A stretch of 64,000 nt of DNA, from contig NC_134029.1 in NCBI RefSeq assembly GCF_964204645.1, positions 14,440,950 through 14,504,949 of the forward strand, written 5' to 3'. Source of the stretch: Tubulanus polymorphus (taxonomy: Eukaryota > Animalia > Nemertea). Below are positions 37,742 to 51,596 of the stretch, piece after piece. Below the pieces are notes generated by a model. The model was not told where the DNA came from, did no database searches, and saw only the letters and a list, made by a program, of their open reading frames with translations. Both the position numbers and the translations under genes were made by a program. Numbering within the stretch: position 1 is the first letter of the stretch; the number at the start of each line of letters is the position of its first letter.

Positions 37742-40195
37742 ATGGTAGATAGTTTTCCAAAAGCTTTCCAATATAATAAATCAATTAAATATAATATTCC
37801 AGCAATAGATTTTAATAAAGATATTACATATAGAAATGAAGTTTTAAATTCATTAATTGATTTATATATTTATGTTACTGAAAATAATAATTTTCATGTA
37901 AAGATGGAAAATATATTTCATGTGTATACAATTAATTTCAAAAATTTAAATGAGGCAAAACAATGGTTATTAAAATCTAATATGAAGTATTGGCAGAACC
38001 AATTAAATTTTGCTGTTTATTGCGCAACAACAGGATGTGGAATTAGTTGGAATGATCATTTAAACAAACCAAGTTTACCATTGATGTTATCACTTTTTAG
38101 ATTTCATACTTATTTTCAAATAAAATTAATATTAGATGAATTAGAATATCCTTTACCAGGTTCAAAATATTTTAAAGAATTGAATAATAATATTAATTTT
38201 TCTAAGTTTTATAAAATATGTAATGAATTTAATATTAATTCGAATAAAGATTTTAGAGCAAAAATTGGAACAATGGGTGGATTAGGAATATTGTATACTA
38301 AAGAATTTGGAAAAATAATGACAAATTCAGATATAAGAACACTAAATTGGAATGAATTACCAAAATATTATAATAATATACAACAACAAAACAATAATGG
38401 TTGGGTTAATTTCATTTTAGAAAATAGTGAAGGTTTTACTTAAGCTGGTATACAAAGAATAAATCAATCTATTAGAACTTATTTGATATGTATTTTTGGT
38501 GCGCAAGTTGAAACAAGATCCCCAATAGTTGGAAATGATAACACTTCATTTGATTCGCAGAAACAATTCAAAGTATTATTTGAAGATTCCATTCATAATG
38601 ATGAAAATAGATCGATTCCAGAAAACATAGTAGGATATCAAAATTATTTAGATAAATCACATATTAGATTAAATTATTGTATAGGCCCTAATCTATTAAT
38701 TATTTCTAATGATTTAGTATTAAAGATGGGAAATATAATTGGTTATAATAATCTAATTAAAACTGCAACAATAAATAATTCATTTGGATTAAATGATATA
38801 AATAAAAAGATTATTACTGCTCCAAAATTAATGGAAGGTGAAAAAAATAAAAAAAATATTCAATCAACTGAAACTAAAACTAAGAATATTAAATTGGATA
38901 ATGATTCCAAAATAAAAGATTACAATACATCAGAAGATATAACAAGAAAATTAACTTAAATAAATTATTTGACGCCTGCGAAAAAATGTAGAATTTCTGG
39001 TATAAGCTAATGTGGAATTGCAAATTTGAAATCGAAGTTTTAAGAAATTTCGGGAATTATGAGATTTGGCGATTGGGTAGATGATACAGTCTTCGACTGG
39101 TCTAATAAAAAAAATTGTCAATTTGTGACTTCGATTCACTTTTGCCTCTAAGCTGGTCTGCAACTTCATTGCCTCCATGGTTGAAGAAAGAGCTCTTCTG
39201 ATGTCTGCTTCATCATGACTTTGAGCATATCGTGTAGCCAGCCAGCCCAGTCCTGGGGCCCGGTCTTGCTGTCACTTGATATCCTAGACTTGAGTCTGGG
39301 TTGAAGTAGACATTGTCATATAATTAACTTATTCATGTTATTCTGTATGAATTACCCGTGTGTCTTGTATTTTCTTATTTTAAAATTTGTAAATGTATTG
39401 ATTTTTGGAATTTTATCCCGGAATTTCAATGTAATAAGGATCAATAAAGTATTGAATTTAATTGTCACCTTATACACATGCCATCAGTGGACGCGGAGCC
39501 GTATATGACAGCTATGCTATAATAAATTGCTAATCTCATGAAACCTGCATACGTCTAATATCGAACATATTTTCTAAAACATTTGAATATTGAAATTATT
39601 TTACACGTTTTTATATAGACCGCTTGTAGCCGCCGATGAAATTCACGCCGGCCCAACTCAGATCGTAGATAACTTCGTCATTCCACTAGCAGCCCCATGT
39701 CAGGGTCTGACTTTTATATCAGACTTCCAAATCGTGTATACATCCGCCATTTAACCGAATGATCCGATTTACTTATCATTTCTATTTATCCCTGCCGCTC
39801 CTGATATAATCATACATCCTTTACTATTACAATACGTCTTCTCATGATATTCAATGCGATATAACATTTCGACGTTCAAATAGAGGTCATTATATAATCC
39901 CAGGGAGCCATTCTACATCTTTATCAATAATATTTTGCCATATAGCTTGTATGTGTACACATAAACCTGTGACGTTTTGCACATCGATTTACGGTTGTCG
40001 TTTGTAAAATGACGCTGAATGGTTAGCATTGTTTAGGTTTCATAATGGTAACGTTTTATAAGGCGTCAAAAAACTGATAATATTCAACATGAAATAATTA
40101 AACTAAATGATGATAATAAATCCCATGAAAATGCTAAATTAGCTTTAACTTGTATAGGAATTGTTATAGGAGGAATATTATATTTTAAATTTTAA
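37742..40195 (+). pseudogene. Polinton protein of about 440 aa, unknown function, C-terminal TM anchor; one stop and a HINE insertion
   Basis: WQNQLNFAVYCATTGCGISW and FRFHTYFQI motifs; resumes at about 40072 to LALTCIGIVIGGILYFKF-stop; homolog at 42591-41273 on the minus strand. Confidence 0.75.
38941..40071 (-). mobile_element. HINE (1.13 kb)
   Basis: Minus strand TTTTTGACGCC...GGCGTCAAATAAT...TTCTTGTT, no TSD; copy A shows the empty A/T-run site at about 41345. Confidence 0.85.
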
Positions 40196-40211
40196 TTTTT
40201 TTATTATGTAA

Positions 40212-41265
40212 ATGGAAGAAGGTGGAGGAGATTATGAAATGGAAAACATGGGAAATAATGATGATGCCAATACTAACAATGATGATTATGTGTCTGCTGA
40301 TACAAATATTGATAATGATAATGATACAACATATAATACTAATTTACCAGAAGTTGTTTCTGGTTCTAAAGCCCCATCAACAGATGAATTTGATAGAAGA
40401 ACTAGATCGAGAATACCTATTGAAAATGAAAATCCAGGTTTATTAAAGGAAAATTTTGAATATAATGAATATATTTATAATTTCAAACCTATATTTGAAA
40501 AATCTGGATATGATATAAATGCCAGAGGCGCCAGACTTTTAGTACAAGAATTAAAATCTTTAGATGGTGAATATTATTATCATTTGAAAGATGATTATTA
40601 TATTGATATCTCTTATAAAAAACAAAACAAAATATTAGCAGAATCAACTTTGCTTAAGTTAGACCTATCTAGAATTAAAAGAATAAGAAATAGTAATGAA
40701 ATAGAAGATGTAACACAAGAAGAAATTATTAAAAATGAAAGAGTGTTTAAACAAAGAATTAACGATTTATTTGAAACAATCGATAATAATTTAGAAACAG
40801 AAACAACTTCTGAACAGAATATAACTTCCAAAACTAGTAAACTTAAATCAAATAAAGTTCCAATTGAAAAACTTTTACCGAATGGTTTACTTGATGCAAC
40901 AGATCAAGAATTAGAAGATTTAGATATATTTTCTGATAAAGCAATTAGAGAAATTATTAGTATGAGAAATGAAGCTGATAAAATTGCGCATGATAAAAGT
41001 ATGAGATTTAAAAATAAGAACTTTAGAAGATGAATTATTTAAATCAAGAAAAGAATCGGAACAACTAAAATTAGATAGAGATAATAAAGTTATTGAAAAA
41101 ATTGAATTTAAAAAAAGAAATGCGTATTTAGAAAAAGAAAAAGATGATTTAGAATATAACATAGAATTTCAGAGAGAAAAAATGAAATTATTATTTAAAT
41201 CATATGATTATTGTATTAATAGATTAAAAGTTGTTGTTAAAGAGTTAATACTAATAAAAGTAATA
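40212..41265 (+). pseudogene. Polinton acidic/coiled-coil protein, frameshifted at about 41030 and truncated by the inversion
   Basis: 273-aa ORF with TAAATG start, followed by a charged helical continuation in another frame. Confidence 0.6.
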
Positions 41266-42920
41266 ATACTAATTATTTAGTATTTTCATGGGATTTATTA
41301 TCATTAATAGTTTTAATTATTTCATGTTGAATATTATCAGTTTTTATATTTTCTGATGTATTGTAATCTTTTATTTTAGAATCATTATCCAATTTGATAT
41401 TATTAGTTTTAGTTTCAGTTGATTGAATATGTTTTTTAATTTTTTCACCTTCCATTAATTTTGGAGCAGTAATAATCTTTTTATTTATGTAATTTAATCC
41501 TAATGAATTATTCATTGTTGCAGTCTTAATTAAATTATTATAACCAATTATATTTCCCATTTTTAATAATAAATCATTTGAAATAATTAATAAATTAGGG
41601 CCTATACAATAATTTAATCTTACATGAGATTTATCTAAATAATTTTGATATCTTACCATATTTTCTGGAATCGATCTATTTTTTACCTTATGAATGGAAT
41701 CTTCAAATATTTTGTGTATCAAATGATGTATTTAAATTTCCAATTATTGGGGATCTTGTTTCAACCTGTGATCCTAGAATACATATCAAATAAGTTCTAA
41801 TTGATTGATTTATTCTTTGTATACCTGATTCAGTAAAACTTTCACTATTATCTAAAGTAAACTAAACCCAACCATTATTGTTTTCTTGTTTTAAATTATC
41901 GTAGAATTTTGGTAATTGATTGAAATTTAATGTTTCTAAATCCAAAGTTGCTATTTTACCATAACCTAATTTATTATTATAGATATTATAAAAACTATTA
42001 GATGGTATGGGAAGTTTACAATATCCTGCAATCTTTTTAGGGCTAGGAAGTGATCTTATTGTTCCAATTTTTGTTCTAAAATCAGAATGATTTATATCTA
42101 TATTAAATTCATTACAAATTTTATAAAACTTTTATAAATTAATATTACTATCTAATTCTTTAAAATATCTAGATCCTGGCAAAGGAGTGTCTAATTCATT
42201 TAATATCAATCTTATTTGAAAATAAGTATGAAATCTAAATAAACTTTGAATTAATTTATATTTAGAATTATTTAAATGATCATTCCAACTAATTCCACAT
42301 CCTGTTGTTGCACAATAAACAGCAAAATTTAATTGGTTCTGCCAATATTTCATATTGATTTTAATAACCATTGTTTTTCATCTTTCAATTTTTTTAGATT
42401 AATTAAATATACATGAAATATATTTTCCATCTTTGCATTTAAATTATTAGTTTCAGTAACATAAATATCTTAATTAAGTAACAAATTTAAAACTTCATTT
42501 CTATATAAAATATCTTAATTAAAATCTATTGCTGGAATATTATATTTAATTGATTTATTATATTGGAAAGCTTTTGGAAAACTACCTACCATTTATAGAA
42601 TAAAAAAATTAATAATTTACTAATTCTTTTAATAATTTATCCTGTTCTTCAACTGTTATATTACCATTTAAACTTATTATATAATCTAATGTATTTTTTA
42701 ATCTATTAATTTCTTTTATATTAGATTTTATTTTTTCTTTATAACTTTTTATATTTAATTTTGAACTTATGCCGTTAATACACTTGAACTTAAACCTAAA
42801 GCTCCAATTGAGATAGCTAAAGGTGTTAATGGTGAGAATAATGCTAGAAATATTATTACAGAACTTATTGTAACTGAACCACTAATAATAAAATAATATA
42901 TAATCTTAGATTTTAAATAT

Positions 42921-44112
42921 TTTTTGACGCCTTATAAAACGTTACCATTATGAAACCTAAACAATGTTAACCATTCAGCGTCATTTTACAAACGACAGCC
43001 GTAAATCGATGTGCAAAACGTCACAGGTCTATGTGTACACAAATAAGCTATCTGGCAAAATATTATTGACATAGATGTAGAATGGCTTCCTGTGATTATA
43101 TAATGACCTATATTTGAACGTCGAAATGTTATATTGCATTGAATATCATTAGAAGACGTATTGTAATAGTAAAGGATGTATGATTATATCAGAAGCGGCA
43201 GGCATAAATAGAAATGATAAGTAAATCGGATTATTCGGTTAAATGGCGGATGTATACACGATTTGGAAGTCTGATATAAAAGTCAGACCCTGACGTGGGC
43301 ATGCCGGTGGAATGACGAAGCTATATACGATGTGTGTAGGGCCGGCGTGAATTTCATCAGCGGCTACAAGCGGTCAATATGAAAATGTGTAAACATATAA
43401 TTTCAATATTCAAACGTTTTAGAAAATATGTTTGATATTAGGAGTATGCAGGTTTCGTGAGATTAGCAATTTATAATAGCATAGCTATCATATACGGCTC
43501 CGCGTCCTCTGATGGCATGTGTATTAGGTGACAATTCAATTCAATTCTTTATTGATCCTTATTACATTGAAATTTCGGGATAAAATTCCCAAATTCAATA
43601 AATCAATAAAAATAATCAATACAACATACATGACACACGGGTAATTCATACAGAACAACATAAGCATGTTATTTTAAATGACAATGTCTACTTCAACCCA
43701 CCCAGACTCAAGACTCTAGGATATCGAGTGACACTGCCAAACCCGTGGCCCGGGCCCGGGGACCGGGCCGGCTGGCTAGGCCACACGATATGCTCGAAGT
43801 CATGATGAAGCAGACATCAGAAGAGCTCGTTCTTCAACGATGGAGGCAATGAAGTTGCAGACCAGCTTAGAGGCATAAGTAAATGAAGTCGGTCGCAAGT
43901 TCGCGATCAATTATTGAGAATTTTCAATAAAAAAATTTAAACCACTAGAGTCGAAGACCCGCTGTATCATCTACCCAATCGCCAAATCTCATCATTCCCC
44001 AAATTTCTTAAAACTTCGATTTCAAATTTGCAATTCCACATTAGCTTAGCCCAGAAATTATACATTTTTTTTCGCAGGCGTCAAATAATTTTCTAAAATT
44101 AATTTTCTTGTT
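42921..44112 (+). mobile_element. HINE (1.19 kb), same family as 38941-40071
   Basis: TTTTTGACGCCTTATAAAACG...GCAGGCGTCAAATAAT...TTCTTGTT; empty site in copy B at about 37405. Confidence 0.85.
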
Positions 44113-45269
44113 TCTTTTTATCTTTACGTCATTTTCAAATTCTAATATATGTTTTTCCAAATATAATTTTATTTTAGTTTTATTTATATCATGAGGAATA
44201 ATATCAATATTATCAACTTTATCAACCATTTATTTAGAAAAGAAATTACTAATTAGTAAATTTATAAGCAACAAATAATACAATAACTGTTCCACCTAAT
44301 TCCAAATTATTTCATATTTCTTCTGTTCACTACTTGGTGTATAATAATCTGATAATTTAGGTTTAAATAGATGTAATTTTTCACGATTTGTAACTGCGTT
44401 ATATAAACTCATAGCTTCATCGACTGATTGAAAATCTCTATGTGTAATTTTCTGATTATATAATTCTTTATTGATATAATCCATATAGTTTTGCCTCATT
44501 TCTCAATATTCTTCTGCTGCTTTATTATATTTCTCTAATGCTAAGTTATGTGTTCTTTGTTCTACTAATGAACTATTTTTATCAATATGCTTAAATAAAT
44601 AACCACCACCAGTAAATGCTAAAGCGTTAACAATTGTCGATCCTATAATAGTTATAATTGCAGATGCCATTTATTTAGCAAAAAAATTACGCATTTATAT
44701 AGGAGGAATATATTTTTGTTTTTCCAAATAATCAATTGTTAAATTAGATAAAGTAACTGCTAATGTTAATTTTAAAATATCATTGATATCAAATCTATCA
44801 ACATTAACACTTCCCATTTTAAATACTTTTTTTAATACCATTGAATAACCAACAGTTCCAACTGATAGTAATGCTCCATTATATAAACCAGTTATTATCC
44901 ACTTATTATCACTGATTTATTTCTCAAAAAATCACCTTCAAAATATTTAGTTATCTTATTTATGATTATTTCAACATTTCTTTCATTACTACTTTTATGA
45001 TTATCATATATTTCAGTTAATATGTTTTTAATATCATCGATAATTCCATCTTCATTTACTTCATAATATTCTAAGGGTGTTTTAATTTAACCAATTACTT
45101 TTTCTATATTATAATTTTCTTTATTAATCATTGATGCATTGTTAAATGATTTACTTTTTATATCAGTAATTACATCATTTAGTTTAATCCTCATTTCTTT
45201 ACCATGTTTAAAACCAAACATAAAACATATACTCGGTCCAACAGTTATATTCATTTATATATAAAGAAA

Positions 45270-46029
45270 ATTCCTCTTTACATCTTATAACTAATTCATA
45301 AATTACAGGAAAGTTATTCAAATCAATTAAATATCCATTATGATTTATAATTTCTAATCGAAAATTATTAAATTGAGGAATGCAAGGTTTATATTCGCAC
45401 TCGGCTAAATTATAGTTTATTTGAGTTCCAAATTCTTTAACATTCTTCAATGGTAAAATATTCAATAAACCAGAATTACAAATTGTATCTTTAGTTGCTT
45501 CAAATGTTTTTGTAGGATCAATTAAATTGCAATAAATATAAAAGTGTGTAAAAGGTATTAAGTTTGGTGTAGCATCAGCATTACGTATCCTTACATCTGG
45601 GTTAATTCCTAAAATTTTAACGAAAGGTTTTTTAACTAGAAATTGATGTTGATCTTCATTTCCTAATTTCATTCTTACTTTATCAGAGCTATCACTTTTT
45701 ATAAGTCTTAATCCAAATCCAGCAGATGCGCCCATTTTTGAGCGTGCTTTTTTATTAATTTCTTGAGCTAATGTTTCTAAATTATATAATCCAGGTTTAA
45801 GATAAAGATGAAACCATCTATTTTTATTTCTGTCATGAATTAAAAAGACTCTATGTTCAATAGATTTATTCGATATATTATGAAATGAGTTACATAAACT
45901 AATATTTACTAATTTTAAATCTACACAATTTTTAAATTCTCTATCTAATTGTACTAATAAATTATGTGATTTATAATTTGTAAGTCTTCTTGAATCAACA
46001 AATATTCTTTATTCTTTTAATTCTACCAT
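45270..46029 (-). pseudogene. Penton of copy A with an early nonsense codon
   Basis: Homolog of 35503-36262; TAC changed to TAA at codon 7. Confidence 0.78.
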
Positions 46030-46043
46030 TTATTTTACACATT

Positions 46044-46397
46044 TTATTCGAAATCTATTTCATGGTGCCCTTTTTCGTTCTTACCCTTATATATGAAATA
46101 GTAATCACCAGAACATAATTCTTCTAAATCTTCACTCGATAATCTATGAAATCTATCAGGTAAATATGTTCTGAATTTATATTTATTTCCTTTTAATCCT
46201 TCATATTCTAAGTGGATAACTAATTTATCTTCATATTTGTTAGAAACTGTATCAATATTTGTAATTAAATATTTCTTATGAATTGTTAATTCTGTTAAAT
46301 TCTTAAATTTATAATCTACTGATTTAGCATTTGTGATATCTTTTATTCTATCTAGAAATGATTTGTTGTTCTCAATGTGTGCTTGTTTACTCTCCAT
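46044..46397 (-). CDS. Polinton 117-aa protein, copy A
   Basis: Intact, highly similar to 35135-35488. Confidence 0.7.
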   Translation of the reverse strand: MESKQAHIENNKSFLDRIKDITNAKSVDYKFKNLTELTIHKKYLITNIDTVSNKYEDKLVIHLEYEGLKGNKYKFRTYLPDRFHRLSSEDLEELCSGDYYFIYKGKNEKGHHEIDFE

Positions 46398-46771
46398 TTT
46401 AATAACATATTTAGGGTTTTCTGTTTCTGCACAGAAAACCCTATTGAAATTCGCGTGATTATTAGGGTTTTCTGACTTTCGTCGAAAACCCTTTTGTAAT
46501 TCTGTTGATTGTTATTATTATTATTTACATATTTTCCACTTTTTTTCGCACATAAAATTCATCTTCTATCAGATTCGACAACTAACTGCTTCTAATTGAA
46601 ATGTAGAATTCTGATAGTAAAATAACACGCATTCGCTCCGCGTAGATTATACCTATGCACTCTCCGTCCTATTTTAAACTTAAAATTACTTACTGAAAGA
46701 TAACACCGGATGATAGTAGCAATCGCGACTCGCCCTGTGCGGTACTCCCACTAACGATAAAAACAGCGTCC

Positions 46772-46844
46772 TGTCTTGTGGCATGGTGGATAAGGTGTTT
46801 GACTCCCAGCTGAGAGGTCGAGGGTTCGAATCCTAGTGAAACCA
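46772..46844 (+). pseudogene. tRNA-derived sequence (SINE head or tRNA pseudogene)
   Basis: A box TGGCATGGTGG, B box GGTTCGAATCC, terminal CCA; acceptor and anticodon stems pair poorly. Confidence 0.65.
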
Positions 46845-48778
46845 TGCATTATCACAGTACAGCGCCGGCACGCAATAATTGTTTTATCAATGAAACAACA
46901 TGGTGGATGGTTGAAATCATTTTCGGCTTAAATTTATCGCGAGTTTTAGGACTTTAGTGAATTTCACGAAACCATGATTTCTAAAATGAGTCAATTAATT
47001 AATTCTATTCGTTAATCAATTTACGTTGGCTACATTTCCTGAAGATTTCGGGGTCAAATCAACGTGATATGGACAGAAATTGTAGGAATTTTCACACGGA
47101 ATTTTACTTCCGCGTTGACGACTCGGATCGATGACAACGACAGCGGAGTTTATGTATTTTAAGGTGAGAATCCGTTAACCAGGGAATGTATTAAATGATT
47201 TCTTTAATAATATGAGTATGGTAGCAAATAGTTAGTTACCTAATCGTTGGTGGTAAGCTTTTTATAATCGGATGGGCTTATACCAACGTTAGGGATGACA
47301 AGGACCCATTCACGGTTGAAAAAAGTAACACTTAAAAAATATACTTTCTATTCACTTCAGTCCACAATTAATGGCTTTATTCACAAACTAACACAGGTAC
47401 CTTTCGAAATAATCCAATTTTATGTATGTTTCGAGTGATTAATCAACATTATTTTGAGAAATTAATTAATTTCTCCACAAATTTCGCCATTGGCCGCCAT
47501 TTCTCTGTATTGCACATGTGGCATGATAAGTCAAGGGGACCTGCAAGGATTTATATAAAACTTCCAAGACGAAACGACAATTTTTATTTTTGATGGTTTT
47601 CCAACTTTTATTTCAAATCTTCGTGTTTTCCATAACAAATAATGAAATAATAAATTTCTGGTAAAAGAAAAATGTGAATAAGTGTTGATTTCTTAATTTT
47701 TTTTTAATTTCGTCGTTTCGCTTTGTTAGTTTGTGCTGTTGTCCTGGCCTCAGTCCACAGGTGCCAGCACCTCCAGTAATTTTCAAAATGGCAGCTGTTG
47801 ACTGGACGGAAATTTACTCTCACTTTACGGCCGATTTGCACATGGATTAAGATCGTCAGGTGAGGTGTTATAGGTATCAGACAAACTACGAATCCGTTGT
47901 GCGTCGATTACAACAAAAATTAGACAGATATCTTAAGAGACAATGAAATGCCAGGCAAATTACTCGTCAGTCAAATTGGCTGACGAAGATTTCATACAAA
48001 AATGACCTTCCCATTCCTGACTGTGGTTTGTGAAAATATCCGATCGTGAAACTAAACCACAGACAGGTTACTGACTAGGTAGCAAATGAGTAGGCCTACT
48101 CGGTGAAGCAATGATCATTGTTGCCTACTTACTTAATGCCTAGCTTTTTTGGGGGATGCGCCTAGAATAGATTTAGGCCCTGGGTAGAGCCAGTCAGTGG
48201 AATGCCTTAATAGCAGGGCCTGGTTTACACTGAATGTGCATGACAATTTATTTTGATTACTTTCTTTCCAGCTATTATTCGTGGAATGAACTGGGCACTA
48301 CGGTCTTCAATTCCTTTGCGGATTCTTGCAGGAATATTAAACCACAGTGCGCAAATGTATGTTTCAAATTAGGCTTTTTCGACATTGACAGCCAAAGACG
48401 TAACTTAACACGCTAACTTAAGCGCAACTGTCTCAGATGCTGTAAGTACTTGACGTTTTGCGTAATTTTTTTGTAATGCAATATTTGGATTAGTAATCAG
48501 TCGTGCTAACGTACATGCATAATTGGATTCATTGTAATTATGGGATGATAATTCATGGGCGTCACGAGTCCTGCGACATACCCTTGATATGAAGCTTTTT
48601 TAATGTTAATCATTGACTTGTTTTGGAGTAAACTGAATAGCCCTTAAAATACCAATGCCACGTGGCTTGGTGTCTATGCTCTACGAGACTGTAGTAATAG
48701 ATTTTCACAACAAACTCATGATTTCAAATAGTCTCCTAAGATATCTATATATTATTTCGCTCCTTACCTAAGTAATTC

Positions 48779-48959
48779 CAGGGAAGTGTGATGAGATGGA
48801 ATACGGACGCTGTTGATGTTGACTGGTGTTCAGCTGGTAACACACACTCGATAAGCGTAGCTTACTGCTGTTGCGGTAACCTTTGATGTACGGGCTGAAT
48901 TGAATAGCCTACATCCGGCAATTAAAAGCGTCCGTATTCCATCTCATCACACTTCCCTG
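48779..48959. mobile_element. 181-bp MITE with 33-bp perfect TIRs and 7-bp TSD
   Basis: CAGGGAAGTGTGATGAGATGGAATACGGACGCT and its reverse complement, flanked by GTAATTC on both sides. Confidence 0.85.
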
Positions 48960-50129
48960 GTAATTCTTACATTTGATTGCTTAATTACAGATGGAAAGAG
49001 GTCAGATGGCATGAAAATCGACTGTGGCTGACTAATTGGCGCGAGTAACCAAAATGCTTCAATCATCAGGGGTAGACAAATTAGCCGAAGATGAATGAAA
49101 ACTTCACCTTGATGATCATCAGTTGATTTTGCTATAATTATTTGCCTGGATATATCCTTCATTTCAAAATCTGTCTCCAGTAGAATTTCTTTCAATAAAA
49201 TATTTTGAAGATTGAATTTGAATTGATCTTAAAACCAGAGAAAGCATTCAGAAATTTAGAAAATCCTTGACTCATAATCAAATTCTGGGAAGTCAGTTAA
49301 GGTCTTTTTGGTCGAATCAAGCCGAGGGCTCAGGTGACTAAAACTCAATTCCTCACTGTCTTATAATGCCGAGTACGACGGAGTTTACACACTGAAACAC
49401 GTTGGGCTGTGTAATTGTAATTTGGATAAGTCCACAATATAATGACCGCCCTACCCCGCTGCATCTGAAACGTCAACAAGTTAGACTGTATTGCTTCGAT
49501 GACAAACTGACTTCTACGCAAGATGACCATCCAATTCAAATGTAAATTAAAAAAGAAAACAACAAAACTAGTTGTGTTGATCAACAAAAATAAATCAATA
49601 GTTTATTACAATACTTCAATTTCAAAATAAGGATAGGAAAAAAAGTGAACAATAAGTGTGTTTGCCAAGCGTCTTTAAATATTTCCCAAGAATATGTCTT
49701 TGTCTGGCCACCACCTGCCTCGACGTCAGACTTTTTCGAGATTTTCGCTAAAAATACGAAACAAGACAAAATTGATGGATGGGAATCATACATGCTACAT
49801 TCACTTTTACTGGGAACATTGGAATGAGCTAAAGCAATTTTCTAGGAGGAAAAATTGAGTCAAATGATATTTCAAAATCTGCATGGGAAAAGTTTTACTG
49901 AATTGTATGGCTAATGGCAAATACATGTTTATATTGATAAGGTAAATATCTGTATAAAAGGTTGTATAGCAACTTGAATTGAAGGATTAATGCAATAGGT
50001 CTCTTATTCTAAAAGACGAGTGAGCCATACTTACTAGATTGGTCATGTGAATCAACATCAAATTTAGAACTATCATCCATTTTTAGTTTTCAATCAAAGA
50101 CCAACCTATGAAATAAAGTACATATTTTT

Positions 50130-50670
50130 CTGATAACAACCTGGAATAAATTAAAATAAATCTGAGGAATTCACCAAATTTCTGTATCGAACCCCTAATA
50201 GGGCCTATATAACCTATAGATTGATACTTACATACGACAAATCGACGAAGAAACTTCATTTGACAGTATACAAACTCGCGGACAAACTCCCAAAATGAAT
50301 CATGTCCTATTCACCTAGAATCAAACAAAATACAACTAAAAAATTCACAATACAGATTTCGGTTTCGAATCCTTCAAATAGCTGTTTACTTACATGAAAC
50401 GAATTATCAAACTACTTCTGCCGACAGCATACCAACTCGCTGACAAACCCCCAAAATGAAACGTGTCATGATAAACATCTGGAATTAAACGTAATAAAGC
50501 TACAAAATTTACAAAATGTCGGTTTCGAATCCCTCAAATAGCCTTACACTTACAAATGATGGATTATCAAACAACTATGAACTCCCACAACGCCACATGT
50601 CTTTGATAATCTACAGTGAAAACCTGGAATTAAATGTAATAAATCTTAAAATTCCGATTTGAACCCAACG
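50130..50670. repeat. Degenerate tandem repeat, units of roughly 150-170 bp
   Basis: Recurring CCTGGAAT(T)AAA, TCGGTTTCGAATCC and CAAACTCGC.GACAAAC blocks. Confidence 0.55.
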
Positions 50671-51596
50671 TAGGCCCTCTCTCTACTTGTAGGCCTAAGA
50701 TCTTGAAATAGGATAAATAATGTTATGATGAAAGAGGCATAATGGTTCGGAAAAAATTGAATTCAATATGGCTCTTGGCCCGGCAAAGTTTGCTTTTGAA
50801 ATATCCTTTTGATTAGGCATAGTTACACATTTTAAAAGCAAATTTCATTTTGCATCAAACTAAAAGCGGCTTTGTTGAGGAAAAGATTCGTTTGAAAATT
50901 TATAGCCTAGAACCAATTTCTTCGTCAAAGCGTGATGCACAATTTTGACTGGGTCTTATTTCCACGTGGTAGTGGACAGAAAATTGAATAGGCCTAAATA
51001 ATAGAATAATCTTTCTTAGGTTTCATGATAAAGATGCAGCATTAACATAGATTAATGCTTATCTTTTACAATTAGGCTTATGTTTCAAAGGAAAACGCCC
51101 ACAGTTGGTCGAACAGGGGTTAGGCATTGATGGTAGAGGGGCTGTGTGTGTGCTGAAACAGAGATAAAAATGTACGGGAACGAGTTTGTCGAGTGAAGCT
51201 TATTATTCCATCAGGGATAGTGTACTATAGTCATCTTATAGGTAAGATTCAAGAATAGGGGACTAGGTTGTTAACACAATTTATATCAACCCGCCATCTA
51301 AATAATTACCTCCACTGTAATTTGCAACAGCCGACGTTTTTTGGTCAAAGTAATAGACTACTTAGAAACCACAACAACCCAAACTAATCCGTCAATATAA
51401 TGCAAAAGGTAGAAAGTTTCTTTTGGTTTAGGTTTAGGTTTACGTTTATTTATTTCGCTCTAACCAAACATTGGTACATAGAGGTTACAAGAATTTGTAC
51501 AATAAAATTTATAATTTACAAAACTTAAAAACAAGAAAACAGAGATACACATAGAATAGAATAATAATAGAGATAACAGATATGTATACATGAATT

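Larger units (their letters stand above)
31806..41270 (+). mobile_element. Polinton/Maverick (adintovirus-like) copy B, left arm
   Basis: TIR, pPolB, penton-like gene and small ORFs; ends at an inversion junction. Confidence 0.9.
41273..46410 (-). mobile_element. Polinton copy A downstream arm, inverted: 117-aa gene, penton, small membrane genes, 440-aa gene
   Basis: Collinear reverse-complement homolog of about 35120-40140 with independent mutations. Confidence 0.9.

Noticed and set aside
46772-46844. Functional tRNA-Gly(CCC) gene
   Set aside because: Acceptor and anticodon stems do not pair.
51425-51447. GGTTTA repeats as telomeric sequence or telomere targeting
   Set aside because: Only about 3-4 units directly after the LINE AATAAA signal; explained as the LINE's simple-repeat tail.
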